From Myxococcales bacterium (lineage in GTDB: Bacteria > Desulfobacterota > Binatia > HRBIN30), in the NCBI GenBank assembly GCA_037445065.1, contig JBBILD010000014.1, positions 1 to 64,000 of the forward strand: a DNA stretch of 64,000 nucleotides, in the 5' to 3' direction. The notes beneath the pieces were generated by a model that saw only the letters and a program-made list of their open reading frames with translations, was not told where the DNA came from and searched no databases. The first letter of the stretch is position 1. Each line of letters opens with the position of its first letter. The translations under genes were made by a program, and so were the position numbers. Shown here one piece after another: positions 10,763 to 20,372 of this stretch.

Positions 10763-11194
10763 ATGCCAAAACCGGTCCGCCCTCTCTTGTTGTTGGGTGT
10801 TTGCCTGTGGGCGGCCTGTGGAAGCCTGCGGGAAAGCGCAGTGGAGGCGCGCCTACCGCCTTTGCACCTGCGGCAGTTGTTGAGTGTGCAGACTGGGGAA
10901 GGCGATCGTGCCCTGTTGTTTCGCCTTTCTCGCCCGGGAGCAGGGCTCCGGCACGGACTCAGCCGCGATGGAAACCGGATCGAAATCGAAGTGTTCGGCG
11001 CGGGCGGTGAGGATTTTCCTGAAAGGGAGGTAGAACAAAGCGACCCGCAGATCCGCTCCGTGCGCGTCGCGAAAAAAGGCCAAACCTTGCGCTTGACCGT
11101 GGAGTTACGCTCCCAATTGGTCGCCGGCTACGAAGTGCAAGAGATGGCGGACTGGATCCTGATTCGCTTCCCGAGCGGAAATTCGCGAGGGTAG
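10763..11194 (+). CDS. Lipoprotein with an AMIN-like beta domain
   Basis: Lipobox-like LWAAC after a hydrophobic stretch; DPQIRSVRV...LRLTVEL resembles an AMIN domain. Confidence 0.6.
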   Translation: MPKPVRPLLLLGVCLWAACGSLRESAVEARLPPLHLRQLLSVQTGEGDRALLFRLSRPGAGLRHGLSRDGNRIEIEVFGAGGEDFPEREVEQSDPQIRSVRVAKKGQTLRLTVELRSQLVAGYEVQEMADWILIRFPSGNSRG

Positions 11195-11195
11195 A

Positions 11196-11915
11196 ATGGG
11201 AGGAAACGCGTCCAAGACGCGATTGCGGAGGTGGGAAACAACGCGTGGGGCCTTTCTGTACTACCTCACACTGGCATTGCTGGTGGCCTTTTGGGGGTTC
11301 GCGTCGGCAAGCGCGCAGTTTACAAGCCGGAATCTGCCACAACGCAACAAAGCGCAAACGGGCTCGATCGACGAGTACGTGCGCAAGCTAAATCATGCCG
11401 ATCCGGAGCAGCGCTTGGAGGCCGTGCGTCAGTTGGCAGCTTCTCGTGACCGCAAAGCGGCCGAGTACTTGATCCAGTCTCTGGGGGATTCCGACTTGCG
11501 GGTGCGCGCGAAAGCAGTCGAAGCGCTCGGGGAGCTGCGCGCCACTGAAGCCACGCAAGTGTTGGTGCAGCAGTTGTTCTTGCGGGGTTCGGAGCCGGCC
11601 ATGAAACAGCGAATCCTGGCAGCATTGGGCAAGATCGGCGACCCCCGTGCCGTACACGCCATCTTGGAGTTCTTGCGGCTCGACCTCGATCCACCCACCC
11701 GTGGTACGGCCATTTACGCCCTCGGCGACATTGGTTCGGTGGAAAGCTTGGAGACGCTGCAGCAAATCGCGAGTCAGGATCAGGATCCCACGATTCGCCG
11801 GCTTGCCAGTGAAGCAGCGGCCAAGGTGCAACATTACCACGCCGCAAAAGAGCGGGAGGCAAAGGGGCCGACGGAGACGTTCTTGCCCAAAGTCCCGGCT
11901 GCTGAGAACCGATAA
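11196..11915 (+). CDS. Exported HEAT-repeat protein
   Basis: Repeats such as LGDSDLRVRAKAVEALGEL, ILAALGKIGD and TRGTAIYALGDIG; N-terminal hydrophobic signal; start uncertain. Confidence 0.85.
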   Translation: MGGNASKTRLRRWETTRGAFLYYLTLALLVAFWGFASASAQFTSRNLPQRNKAQTGSIDEYVRKLNHADPEQRLEAVRQLAASRDRKAAEYLIQSLGDSDLRVRAKAVEALGELRATEATQVLVQQLFLRGSEPAMKQRILAALGKIGDPRAVHAILEFLRLDLDPPTRGTAIYALGDIGSVESLETLQQIASQDQDPTIRRLASEAAAKVQHYHAAKEREAKGPTETFLPKVPAAENR

Positions 11916-11996
11916 ACCAATAGGGGAGATGCACCCCGAGCGCGCCCATTGCAAGGCAACCGCTCCGTGATCTAACTGTTGCTTTCCTCGATTCGC

Positions 11997-12079
11997 GCCC
12001 CAGTGGTGGAATGGCAGACACGGCAGACTCAAAATCTGCTCCGGGTCACCGGGTGGGGGTTCAAGTCCCTCCTGGGGCA
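11997..12079 (+). tRNA. tRNA-Leu(CAA)
   Basis: Acceptor stem GCCCCAG/CTGGGGC plus discriminator A, anticodon arm GCAGA-CTCAAAA-TCTGC (CAA at 12030-12032), long variable arm, T-arm GGGGG-TTCAAGT-CCCTC; CCA not encoded. Confidence 0.96.
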
Positions 12080-12250
12080 CTTCCCCGTTTTCTGCAGCGT
12101 TGCCCTAACGGTTGCGGTCCGCTGCTTTGGTTCCTGATCGTTGCCTCTGGGTACGCGATTGTACCGGCGGCCCTGGAAATTCACTGGCAAGCCGAACAGG
12201 GGTACGAAGCGGCGAGAACGCTGGTCCGGCATGGCCTGACCCTTTCGACC

Positions 12251-13960
12251 ATGCTGTCGCTGTTGCTCGCGGCAAGTCGGCTGCCAGCGTGCCGGCTCTG
12301 GGGTGCGATCGCTGCGTTCGCGTTCTCGGCCTACTTGCTCGTTTTGTGGGGACTGCTCGGCTACTGGTGGTGGACCGGCCACCAATTCGATTTCGCCTAC
12401 GCGCTAGACGTAGGGGGGGATGCTTGGGCGACTCTCCTGCGTACGTTCGGCTGGCGGGTTCCCCTGACGGTGGGCGTTGCCTGCCTGACAATGGTGCTGG
12501 GCAGTTGGATTTGGTTGCGCGGGCAAGCGTGGTTGCACAGGCAAAATTGGAGGTTCTTCCCTTCGGGAACGCTTTTGCTGCCCCTCTCGTTGCAGCTCGT
12601 TACGCTCTATCTCGCCCGCGGAGAGCGCCCGCTGGTGTGGTCGGAGGTGAGCGCAGTGTGGGAGCGAGCCCGCGGTCATGCGTTGGGTGCACCCATCTTT
12701 CCGGAGTGGGGAGAATTGCCTGCGCTGCGCAGTGAAAGCGTGTTTCTGCTGCAGCTTGAATCCGGGAATGCGCTCGCGACTTCGGGCAGTTTGGTTCTGG
12801 ACGGCCGTTCCTATGATGGGGACTACATCCCGCAGTTGCGCGCGATTCAGAAAGAGGGCGTATGGTTCCCGTTTGCTTGGGCGAACAGCATCCAGACCAA
12901 TCGGGCACTCGAGAACCTCTTGTGCGGAATCGATAACAACGCGGGCCAGGCTCTCTCGTACACGCCGCACAAGATCGTTACGCCCTGTCTCCCGGAACTG
13001 CTGCGGTCTTCTGGCTACCGCACTCTGATGTTTGTGGGATTCGACGATTTGAGCTTCATGAATTACCGCAACTTTGCCCGTACGCTTGGGTTCGACGAAG
13101 TGTGGGACTCCTCGCTGGCCGGCGACCGCAGCAGCAGCGATTGGGGCACCGACGACTGTGATTTCTATCGCGCAGTGTTCGATCGTTTGCGCGCCGAACC
13201 AAAGCTGCAGAGGTTGTTCGTCTACATTGGCGTCAGCGCTCACCATTATCCGTTTGCCGGGCGCGCGCGGTACGCAGCCATTCACCCGTTCGTGTTACCG
13301 CAGAACGTCGTGGAATGGTTCTTGAACTCTTGGGTGGAGCAAGATTTTTGTGTCGGGGAGTTTTACCGCTTGTTTCGCCAAATGGGACTTCGCGACGCCC
13401 ACCTGTGGATTACTGCGGACCATGCTTGGCCGATCGGTTTGCACGGGAACACTCTGAACGATGCTGGCTGGCACAACGAAAACTTTCTCGTCCCGCTGTT
13501 GTACGTCCCCCCCGAGCGACGGAAAGCAGAATTTCGGATCGGAGAGACGGTCTCCACTCGGCCAGGTTTGTCCGATGTGCCAGCGACTATTCTCGATTTG
13601 TTGAGTGATCAGCCGGTCGGTAACTCCTTTGCCCACTTGTTGCGCCAGCGCGCGGCGGGCGAACACTACGAAGACTGCCACTTGTTGGTGCAGCCGTACG
13701 GGAGGAAAACGCTCGCGATCGTGCGCGGGCACGAAAAAATCGTTTACCACATGCGCGACCGAGTGCTCGAAGTGTACGACCTCGACAAGGACCCAGGGGA
13801 ACGGGCAGCGGTCCAAGTGCGCTACGGCGTTGCCTATGAGGAAGTGAGGCAAACGTATTTCTGCAAGCGCCACCGCCCGCGCCGTCGTTACGGCTCGGAA
13901 GAATCCGCTGCTGGCACAGGAGGTGCGCAACACGGGCAGAGTTCGCGCAGGTATCGGTAA
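12251..13960 (+). CDS. LtaS/sulfatase-like (alkaline phosphatase superfamily) membrane enzyme
   Basis: N-terminal TM helices, then LQLESG, a putative catalytic Thr (SIQTNR), HHYPF, ITADH and YDLDKDPGE. Start uncertain: 12251 is the first ATG clear of the tRNA but the frame is open upstream. Confidence 0.8.
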   Translation: MLSLLLAASRLPACRLWGAIAAFAFSAYLLVLWGLLGYWWWTGHQFDFAYALDVGGDAWATLLRTFGWRVPLTVGVACLTMVLGSWIWLRGQAWLHRQNWRFFPSGTLLLPLSLQLVTLYLARGERPLVWSEVSAVWERARGHALGAPIFPEWGELPALRSESVFLLQLESGNALATSGSLVLDGRSYDGDYIPQLRAIQKEGVWFPFAWANSIQTNRALENLLCGIDNNAGQALSYTPHKIVTPCLPELLRSSGYRTLMFVGFDDLSFMNYRNFARTLGFDEVWDSSLAGDRSSSDWGTDDCDFYRAVFDRLRAEPKLQRLFVYIGVSAHHYPFAGRARYAAIHPFVLPQNVVEWFLNSWVEQDFCVGEFYRLFRQMGLRDAHLWITADHAWPIGLHGNTLNDAGWHNENFLVPLLYVPPERRKAEFRIGETVSTRPGLSDVPATILDLLSDQPVGNSFAHLLRQRAAGEHYEDCHLLVQPYGRKTLAIVRGHEKIVYHMRDRVLEVYDLDKDPGERAAVQVRYGVAYEEVRQTYFCKRHRPRRRYGSEESAAGTGGAQHGQSSRRYR

Positions 13961-14223
13961 GAGTAAATGCCGGTGGCGTGCCCATCGGCCCAACGAAAGC
14001 CGAGGGCGTAACGACCGATCGGAAAGATCTCTACCAGTTCTGCCTTGCCGACTGAACGGAAGCGCCGTTCCCCCCCATGGCCTTGGCACCCGGCACAAGG
14101 GCACCAGCCGCGCAAATACTCCCACGGGTACTCGCTTACGTGTCCATCGCTCCACTCGATCCGGACCTTGGGGCCGTCGGCCTGCCTGCGTACCTCGATC
14201 GGATGAGGAGAGGGGTCATTCAT
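13888..14223 (-). CDS. DUF971 / GBBH-like N-terminal domain protein
   Basis: IEWSDGHVSEYPWEYLRGWCPCAGCQG...IGRYAL.FRWADGHATGIYSYRYLR. Confidence 0.88.
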   Translation of the reverse strand: MNDPSPHPIEVRRQADGPKVRIEWSDGHVSEYPWEYLRGWCPCAGCQGHGGERRFRSVGKAELVEIFPIGRYALGFRWADGHATGIYSYRYLRELCPCCAPPVPAADSSEP

Positions 14224-14251
14224 CGCCTCGCGGGTCTCCGTGGGCAAGAGT

Positions 14252-14875
14252 TCAGGAAGGATTTTCCGCAGTGGGTTCGGGTTTTCGCCCGATAGCGATG
14301 ACGTAGGTCTGGTCTTCGGCCATGTCGAACCCGATCCAGTCCGGGTTTTCCGCCTTCTTCGCGCGGTAAAATTCTCGGTATCCGCGACCAGAGGAAGTAA
14401 TCTCCACGCCGGCGGCCTCCAGAGCCTGCTGGGCAATACCGACGTACGAGGGTGGGTCTTCATCCGCTGCGAAGATGTACACCCCCGGCTTCATGCGAAA
14501 CCGAACCGGCGCGTTGCCTTTGACGATCCAGCCCGCTTCCTCGAAGGCCGCTTGCAGTTGCTTCTGAAATTCCGCCGCTTCCGGGTCATTCGGAATGGTG
14601 GCAAACCAGACCGGATTGGCCAGGCTGGACTTGGGTCCCCCGAGGGCGCGAATCATCGCTTCCACTTGTTCCTGGCTAAGGCGGCGCGATGATCTAGCGG
14701 GTTGGCTCGCGGCGGCGCGGGGTGGCAGCGGTTGGCCCTGTGAGACTCGCGCGGCGGGCGCTGCGAGTCGTTGCTCGAGCTCGGCGATCCGAGAGTGCAG
14801 CTCGCGGACGTAGAGAGCGCCGCCCGCCAACGCAGTGAGCAGGGTGAGCGAAAGTGCCACGGGTACGGCTCGCAT
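14252..14875 (-). CDS. Hypothetical membrane-anchored protein
   Basis: N-terminal TM helix, short coiled coil and a globular C-terminus; AAGGAG RBS upstream. Confidence 0.75.
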   Translation of the reverse strand: MRAVPVALSLTLLTALAGGALYVRELHSRIAELEQRLAAPAARVSQGQPLPPRAAASQPARSSRRLSQEQVEAMIRALGGPKSSLANPVWFATIPNDPEAAEFQKQLQAAFEEAGWIVKGNAPVRFRMKPGVYIFAADEDPPSYVGIAQQALEAAGVEITSSGRGYREFYRAKKAENPDWIGFDMAEDQTYVIAIGRKPEPTAENPS

Positions 14876-15018
14876 AACTCTCCTTTCCGCAGAGAATTTC
14901 GTTTAGCGCAGTTCGACGCGTTGGCTCAATGCGGGCCCAGAATTTCGCAAGGGTCCCAGGGTTGATCGAAGAACGTGACTTGCGCAGGATGCGCTCGGTT
15001 TCACGGCGGGAGGTGGGA

Positions 15019-16206
15019 ATGGACCTGAGCTACACGCCAGAGCAAGAGGAGTTTCGGCAACGCCTGCGTGCGTGGCTCAAAAAGAACATACCGCGGCGCA
15101 GGTCGCCGGGCGCTGGACTCGCCGACGATGAACCCGAGAGAATTGCGCGAGCGAAAGCCTGGCAGCGGAAACTGTACGAGGCGGGTTACGTGGCGATGAG
15201 CTGGCCGCGCCAGTACGGGGGCCAAGAGGCAGATGTCATTACCCAGACCATCGTGAGCGAAGAGCTGGCGCGTGCCGGCGCGCCTCCGCTGATTGGGCAA
15301 ATGGGGATCCAGATGGTGGGGCCGACCCTGATCCAGTACGGAACCGAGGAACAAAAGCGGCGTTTTCTGCGGCCGATTCTCACCGCGGAGGAAATCTGGT
15401 GCCAGGGCTACTCGGAGCCCGGTGCGGGTTCGGACCTCGCCTCCTTACAAACCCGAGCGGAGTTGGTAGGGGACGAGTTTATCGTCAACGGGCAGAAAAT
15501 CTGGACCTCGAATGCGCACTTTGCCGACTGGATGTTTTGCTTGGTGCGCACGGACCCGAGTGCGCCGAAGCACCACGGAATTTCGTACTTGCTTATCGAC
15601 ATGAAGTCTCCCGGCATTACGGTGCGTCCGTTGGTGCAAATCACGGAGGAGCGAGGCTTCAATCAGGTCTTTTTCGAGGATGTACGCGTGCCCCGGCAAA
15701 ACTTGGTGGGGGAGTTGAACCACGGCTGGCAAGTGGCCAACGCAACACTGTTCCACGAGCGCAACATGCTCGGTGCGAGTTCGCGCACCCAAGAGCTGTT
15801 TCAAGGGCTGGTCAGGGTTGCCGAAGGGCGGGGGCGGGCTGTTCTCGAGGATCCCCGAGTGCGGCACCGTCTTGCAGACCTCGTCACTCGGGTTCAGGCC
15901 ATGCGCTACCACGCCTATCGGCAGCTCACGGACGCGGCTCGCGGTCGCCCGGGCGGGATTGCTGCATCGGTGACAAAGCTAGTCTCCACAGAACTCAATC
16001 ACGAGATCGCGGCATTCGCGCTCGAGCTGCTGGGGAGTTATGGCACGTTGAGCAAGCGGTCCCCATGGGCGGTCGAGCGGGGCTACTGGCTCACGGAGTA
16101 CCTGTTCACGCTGGGGATGATCATCGGGGGCGGTACGTCTGAAATCCAAAAGAACATCATTGCCGAGCGCGGCTTGGGCTTGCCTCGCGACACGCGGCCG
16201 ATGTGA
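15019..16206 (+). CDS. Acyl-CoA dehydrogenase, first subunit of a tandem pair
   Basis: MDLSYTPEQEEFR, WCQGYSEPGAGSDLASL, GQKIWTS and IGGGTSEIQKNIIAER; GGAGG RBS. Confidence 0.92.
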   Translation: MDLSYTPEQEEFRQRLRAWLKKNIPRRRSPGAGLADDEPERIARAKAWQRKLYEAGYVAMSWPRQYGGQEADVITQTIVSEELARAGAPPLIGQMGIQMVGPTLIQYGTEEQKRRFLRPILTAEEIWCQGYSEPGAGSDLASLQTRAELVGDEFIVNGQKIWTSNAHFADWMFCLVRTDPSAPKHHGISYLLIDMKSPGITVRPLVQITEERGFNQVFFEDVRVPRQNLVGELNHGWQVANATLFHERNMLGASSRTQELFQGLVRVAEGRGRAVLEDPRVRHRLADLVTRVQAMRYHAYRQLTDAARGRPGGIAASVTKLVSTELNHEIAAFALELLGSYGTLSKRSPWAVERGYWLTEYLFTLGMIIGGGTSEIQKNIIAERGLGLPRDTRPM

Positions 16207-16218
16207 GGGAGAAGGGAG

Positions 16219-17355
16219 ATGGATTTTGGCTTGTCGAGTGAGCAAGAACTCCTGCAGCAAAGCGCGCGCGAGTTTCTCCGCTGCCACTGCCCCACCTCGT
16301 TGGTGCGTGCGCACATGGACCCTCAAGCGGACGGTTACCCGCGCGAGCTGTACGGCCGTATGGCCGAACTGGGCTGGCTCGGGCTTTTGATTCCCGCCTC
16401 TCTAGGTGGAAGTGGCGGAGATTTGTTGGATGCGGCGCTGTTGTGCGAGGAGTTCGGCCGTGCCGCCTTACCCGGACCATTTTTTGCCTCCAGCGCGCTC
16501 GCTGCGCTGACTTTGCGCTATGCGGCGCGAGAGTCTTGCAAGCAGCAGTACCTGCCGCTCTTGGCCCGTGGTGAAAAAATCGCAACCCTTGCCTGGAGCG
16601 AAGGGAGAGCGGCTTGGGACGCAGCCTCGCTGGAAACCCGCTGCGAGCGGCAACGCCTATCGCTGCGCCTCGATGGGAAGAAACTGTTCGTGTTGGATGC
16701 GCACGTGGCGGACTGGCTGTTGGTAGTCTGCTCCTTTCGCGAAGGACGAAGAAACGATGTCGCCATAGTGCTCGTACCGCGCAACCAGCCAGGGGTGCGA
16801 GTTCGCCAGATGTTGGATGCGGACCGCACGCGACGCCCGTGCGTGGTCGAGTTGCGCGGGGTCACGGTTGCCCGCAAGCACCTTATTGCCAGCGGCGAGA
16901 AGGCGCGCGCTGCGTTACAGCGCGTGTTTGACGCAGCCAGGGTGCTCCTTGCTGCGGATAGCTTGGGTGGCGCTGAACAAGTGCTGGAGATGGCGGTCGA
17001 GTACGCGAAGGTGCGGCAGCAGTTTGGAAGGCCGATCGGCTCCTTCCAGGCCATCAAGCACGCATGCGCAGAAATGGTTGCAGCGATCGAACCTGCGCGT
17101 TCCTTACTGTGGTACGCAGCGTACGCCTTTGAGCGCGAGCCGAAGAACGCGCCGTGTGCAGCCTCCATGGCGAAGTCGCTCCTTTGCGACGTTTACGCTT
17201 GGGCGACGGAGCGCTCGCTCCGCATTCATGGCGGGATTGGGTTTACTTGGGAGCACGACCTCCACTTGTGGATCAAGCGCTCTCTCTGGAATCGGCACGC
17301 CTTCGGTGAGCCAATGTTCGAGCGAGAACGGATCGCCGAGCTGTGCGGGTGGTGA
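16219..17355 (+). CDS. Acyl-CoA dehydrogenase, second subunit of a tandem pair
   Basis: MDFGLSSEQELLQ, EYAKVRQQFGRPIGSFQAIKH and HGGIGFTWEHDLHL. Confidence 0.92.
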   Translation: MDFGLSSEQELLQQSAREFLRCHCPTSLVRAHMDPQADGYPRELYGRMAELGWLGLLIPASLGGSGGDLLDAALLCEEFGRAALPGPFFASSALAALTLRYAARESCKQQYLPLLARGEKIATLAWSEGRAAWDAASLETRCERQRLSLRLDGKKLFVLDAHVADWLLVVCSFREGRRNDVAIVLVPRNQPGVRVRQMLDADRTRRPCVVELRGVTVARKHLIASGEKARAALQRVFDAARVLLAADSLGGAEQVLEMAVEYAKVRQQFGRPIGSFQAIKHACAEMVAAIEPARSLLWYAAYAFEREPKNAPCAASMAKSLLCDVYAWATERSLRIHGGIGFTWEHDLHLWIKRSLWNRHAFGEPMFERERIAELCGW

Positions 17356-17410
17356 GGCCCTCGCACCGTGCTTGCGGTGCCTGGGTCCGCGATCGTAGGA
17401 TACGGACGCT

Positions 17411-18133
17411 ATGCACTCGGCCCCTCAGCACCGCGAGACGCGTGTCGAACCGGACGGGGTCCGGGTGATCGTTTTTCGCCGGGCGCGGACTCGGAAGCGC
17501 TGGACTTGGTTGTTGGCGTGCGGAGTTGCCATACTAGGCGCGTTTTTGTGGTATGAGCAGTTCCCGCCTGCCGCGGTGCATTTTCCATTCGGCTTGCAGG
17601 CAACGCCCGGCACAACGAGCGTCGGCAAGGAGCGGGGTAGCCCGCGCGGACAAGAACCGCAGCGCGCCCAAGTTGCTAAGCCGGTGCAGGTGAGGGTCCG
17701 GCCGCGGCCGGAGGGTGTCAGAGCGCCGCACCGCAAGGATGCAAGCAGTCGTGTGCTGCCCCCTGCCCAGAAACCAGTGAGCGGCCAGGGAGAAGAGCCT
17801 GCCGCAGAGGAGCTAAGTGGCATTGCTCTGTTTCCGCCGCCGGGTACGAATCCGCCCAAGAGCGGTCTGATCGTGCCGGAGGACTACGAGTTGCCCCCCG
17901 GCTATGTACGGCACTATCAAGTAACCGACGATGGGAAGCCCTTGCCACCGATTTTGATGTTCCACCCTGACGTTGAATTGCTCGACGCGCAGGGGCGCCC
18001 CATCCCACTGCCCCCGGACCTCGTTGTGCCACCTGAATTGGCGCCTCCAGGATTTCCGATGCGAAAACTCGAGGTGCCGGAGACAAACATCCCCTTTATC
18101 GAAGTCGCTCCGCCTGAACCGGATTCTCCGTGA
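17411..18133 (+). CDS. Hypothetical single-TM, proline-rich protein
   Basis: TM helix WLLACGVAILGAFLWY and a compact Pro-rich C-terminal domain; 4-nt overlap with lnt. Confidence 0.7.
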   Translation: MHSAPQHRETRVEPDGVRVIVFRRARTRKRWTWLLACGVAILGAFLWYEQFPPAAVHFPFGLQATPGTTSVGKERGSPRGQEPQRAQVAKPVQVRVRPRPEGVRAPHRKDASSRVLPPAQKPVSGQGEEPAAEELSGIALFPPPGTNPPKSGLIVPEDYELPPGYVRHYQVTDDGKPLPPILMFHPDVELLDAQGRPIPLPPDLVVPPELAPPGFPMRKLEVPETNIPFIEVAPPEPDSP

Positions 18134-19857
18134 GGCCGGCTGCTTCGCCGATGCGCGCAAGGGGCGGCGGTTGGATGGCGTGGATCGCCGGCATTTGTGG
18201 GTTAGGGGCGAGTGGTGTGTTGGTTGCGCTCTTCTCCCGCGTCGAGGAGCCATGGGGCGGCTTGGGCTGGATCGTGTTCGTACCGTGGTTTTGGGCCTTG
18301 CAGCGGTGTCCGGGGTTTCGGTCTGCCGCGTTGCTTTCCCTGGCATTTACCTGGCTGTTTACGTGGCTGGTCTTCGGATGGTTCCCCGAGGCCATGGCAG
18401 ACTACACCGGCGGATCGCTGTGGTGGTCCAGGACGCTGTTGATCCTGGCTGCACCTTTCCTCGAGCCGCAGTGTTGGGCCGTGGGACTTCTCGTCTGGGC
18501 GACGCGGCAACCGGCGAACCAACCGCCGCGACCATTGCTAGTGAGGGTTGCACTGGTGGCAGGAGGTTACGTCGCCGTAGAGAAGGCGTGGCCAAAACTG
18601 TTCGCAGACACGATCGGTCATGGCCTGCTCGCCACCCCGCTGCTGGTGCAGGCCGCTGACCTGGTGGGTGCGCAGGGCCTGAGCTTCGCGCTGGTAGCGG
18701 GCAATCTTTTGTTCGTGGAGGCAGTGGGTGGGTCTCGGAGCAGGGAACGCACCGCACGCGGGCGGCGAACTCGCGCGCTGGCTTCGCTGCTGGCAATTTG
18801 CGGCACCTTGGTCTTGTACGGAACGATCCAATGGGAGCGCTGGGCTCCGCAGCCGGACGATAAGCAGGTGCGGGTTGGCGTCGTGCAAGGCAACCTGAGC
18901 CATTACGACCGTTTGCGTGCCGAGCTTGGCTCGTTTGCAGCCGTGCGCACGATTCTGGATCGGTACTTTTTCCTCACCGACTCAGTGCCTGCGGCGGAAG
19001 TGGATTTCTGGGCCTGGCCAGAAACCGTATACCCGACAACCTTTGGCCGTCCGAAGAGCGCCGATGGCGCTGCCTTCGACCAAGAGATCGTGCGGTTCGC
19101 TAGTCGCTTGGGGCGGCCAGTTGTGTTTGGCGCGTATGACCGCGACGAGAGCGGTGAGTACAATGCCGCCTTCTTTCTGCTGCCAGGCCCCGGTGCCGCA
19201 AAGCTTGGCTCGGTGTACCGAAAGGTGAAACCGTTTCCATTGACGGAGTGGGTGCCCCCGTGGATGGAGTTTTTCGGAGCCCACCAGTGGATCCCATGGC
19301 TTGGGAATTGGAAAAAAGGGGAGCAAGCAGGGGTGGTGGAAGTGCGCGCGCGCGACGGCCGAATCGTACGCGTGCAGCCTCTGATCTGCTACGATGCAGT
19401 GTGGCCTGAAGTGGCTGCGCGGGGAGCAGAGAACGGAGCTGAGCTGCTCCTCACTCTTTCGAATGACTCTTGGTTCGGTGCGAGCCGGGGATTGTGGTTG
19501 CACCTCGTTTTGAACGCTTTTCGCAGCATCGAGACGCGCCGGCCGCAAGTGCGCGTAACGCCGACGGGACTTTCGGCCACGATTTCTGCTCGCGGGGAGA
19601 TCGACATTTTGCTCGAGCCGGCCACGGCGGGAGCGGCCATCGGCGTGGTGGCGGTACCCGAGGAGCCTCCCGTTCCCCTAGCTGCGCGAATCGCCGGCGG
19701 AGTTGGCTCATGGTTCCTGGGTGTTTGGTCTGTGGCCGTGGGTGCAGTTTGGTGGGTGGTGCACGGGCGAGGTCTTGGCGGTGTAAGGCACGGGTCCTTT
19801 GTTTCGGATGGGTCCGTGAATTTCGGCCAGCCAGCGTGGGGCGGTCAGCCTGAATGA
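18130..19857 (+). CDS. lnt: Apolipoprotein N-acyltransferase
   Basis: TM N-terminal domain, VVQGN, nitrilase triad in WPE, YRK..PFPLTE and PLICYD, then LSNDSWFG and FRSIETRRP. Confidence 0.88.
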   Translation: MRPAASPMRARGGGWMAWIAGICGLGASGVLVALFSRVEEPWGGLGWIVFVPWFWALQRCPGFRSAALLSLAFTWLFTWLVFGWFPEAMADYTGGSLWWSRTLLILAAPFLEPQCWAVGLLVWATRQPANQPPRPLLVRVALVAGGYVAVEKAWPKLFADTIGHGLLATPLLVQAADLVGAQGLSFALVAGNLLFVEAVGGSRSRERTARGRRTRALASLLAICGTLVLYGTIQWERWAPQPDDKQVRVGVVQGNLSHYDRLRAELGSFAAVRTILDRYFFLTDSVPAAEVDFWAWPETVYPTTFGRPKSADGAAFDQEIVRFASRLGRPVVFGAYDRDESGEYNAAFFLLPGPGAAKLGSVYRKVKPFPLTEWVPPWMEFFGAHQWIPWLGNWKKGEQAGVVEVRARDGRIVRVQPLICYDAVWPEVAARGAENGAELLLTLSNDSWFGASRGLWLHLVLNAFRSIETRRPQVRVTPTGLSATISARGEIDILLEPATAGAAIGVVAVPEEPPVPLAARIAGGVGSWFLGVWSVAVGAVWWVVHGRGLGGVRHGSFVSDGSVNFGQPAWGGQPE

Positions 19858-20047
19858 CTAGAGGTGAGTTGTGGCTACTGGCTTTGCGTGATAGCGTGCC
19901 GGTTGCGAGTAGATTGACAAGCGAGTGCGAGGTGCGAGACGCTCCCTTGGCGGGATGAGAGCGGTTTCCGGCCGCGGCTCCTCTCCGCGTTGACTGTAGA
20001 GGCAAAGCAGCGATCGGCTGAGCAAAGAAGCAAGAAAAGGAGAGAGC

Positions 20048-20365
20048 ATGAGCAGCGCGGGCCGCAAACTTTACGTCGGGAATCTTTCGTTCGAATTGAC
20101 TGAACCAGAACTCGCAGAGCTGTTCTCAGAAGCCGGCACGTGCGAGTCGGTGGCCATTATCACGGATCGCGCAACGGGCCGCTCTCGAGGCTTTGCTTTC
20201 GTCGAGATGCAGACTGCCGAAGAGGCGAGCCGGGCCATCGAGTTGTTCCATGGCCGGGAAGTCAAAGGCCGGCCCCTTTCTGTGAGCGTGGCGCGGGAGC
20301 AGAGCCATGGTCGGCCAGGGGCAGGAGGCCGCAGGCCGCCGCGCGGAGGCCCACGGCGAAGCTGA
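20048..20365 (+). CDS. RRM RNA-binding protein
   Basis: RNP2 LYVGNL, RNP1 RGFAFVEM and a Gly/Arg-rich tail; AAGGAG RBS. Confidence 0.95.
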   Translation: MSSAGRKLYVGNLSFELTEPELAELFSEAGTCESVAIITDRATGRSRGFAFVEMQTAEEASRAIELFHGREVKGRPLSVSVAREQSHGRPGAGGRRPPRGGPRRS

Positions 20366-20372
20366 GAGAGGC

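Noticed and set aside
11997..12079. tRNA-Leu as an integration site
   Set aside because: No integrase and no duplicated tRNA 3' end seen in the window.
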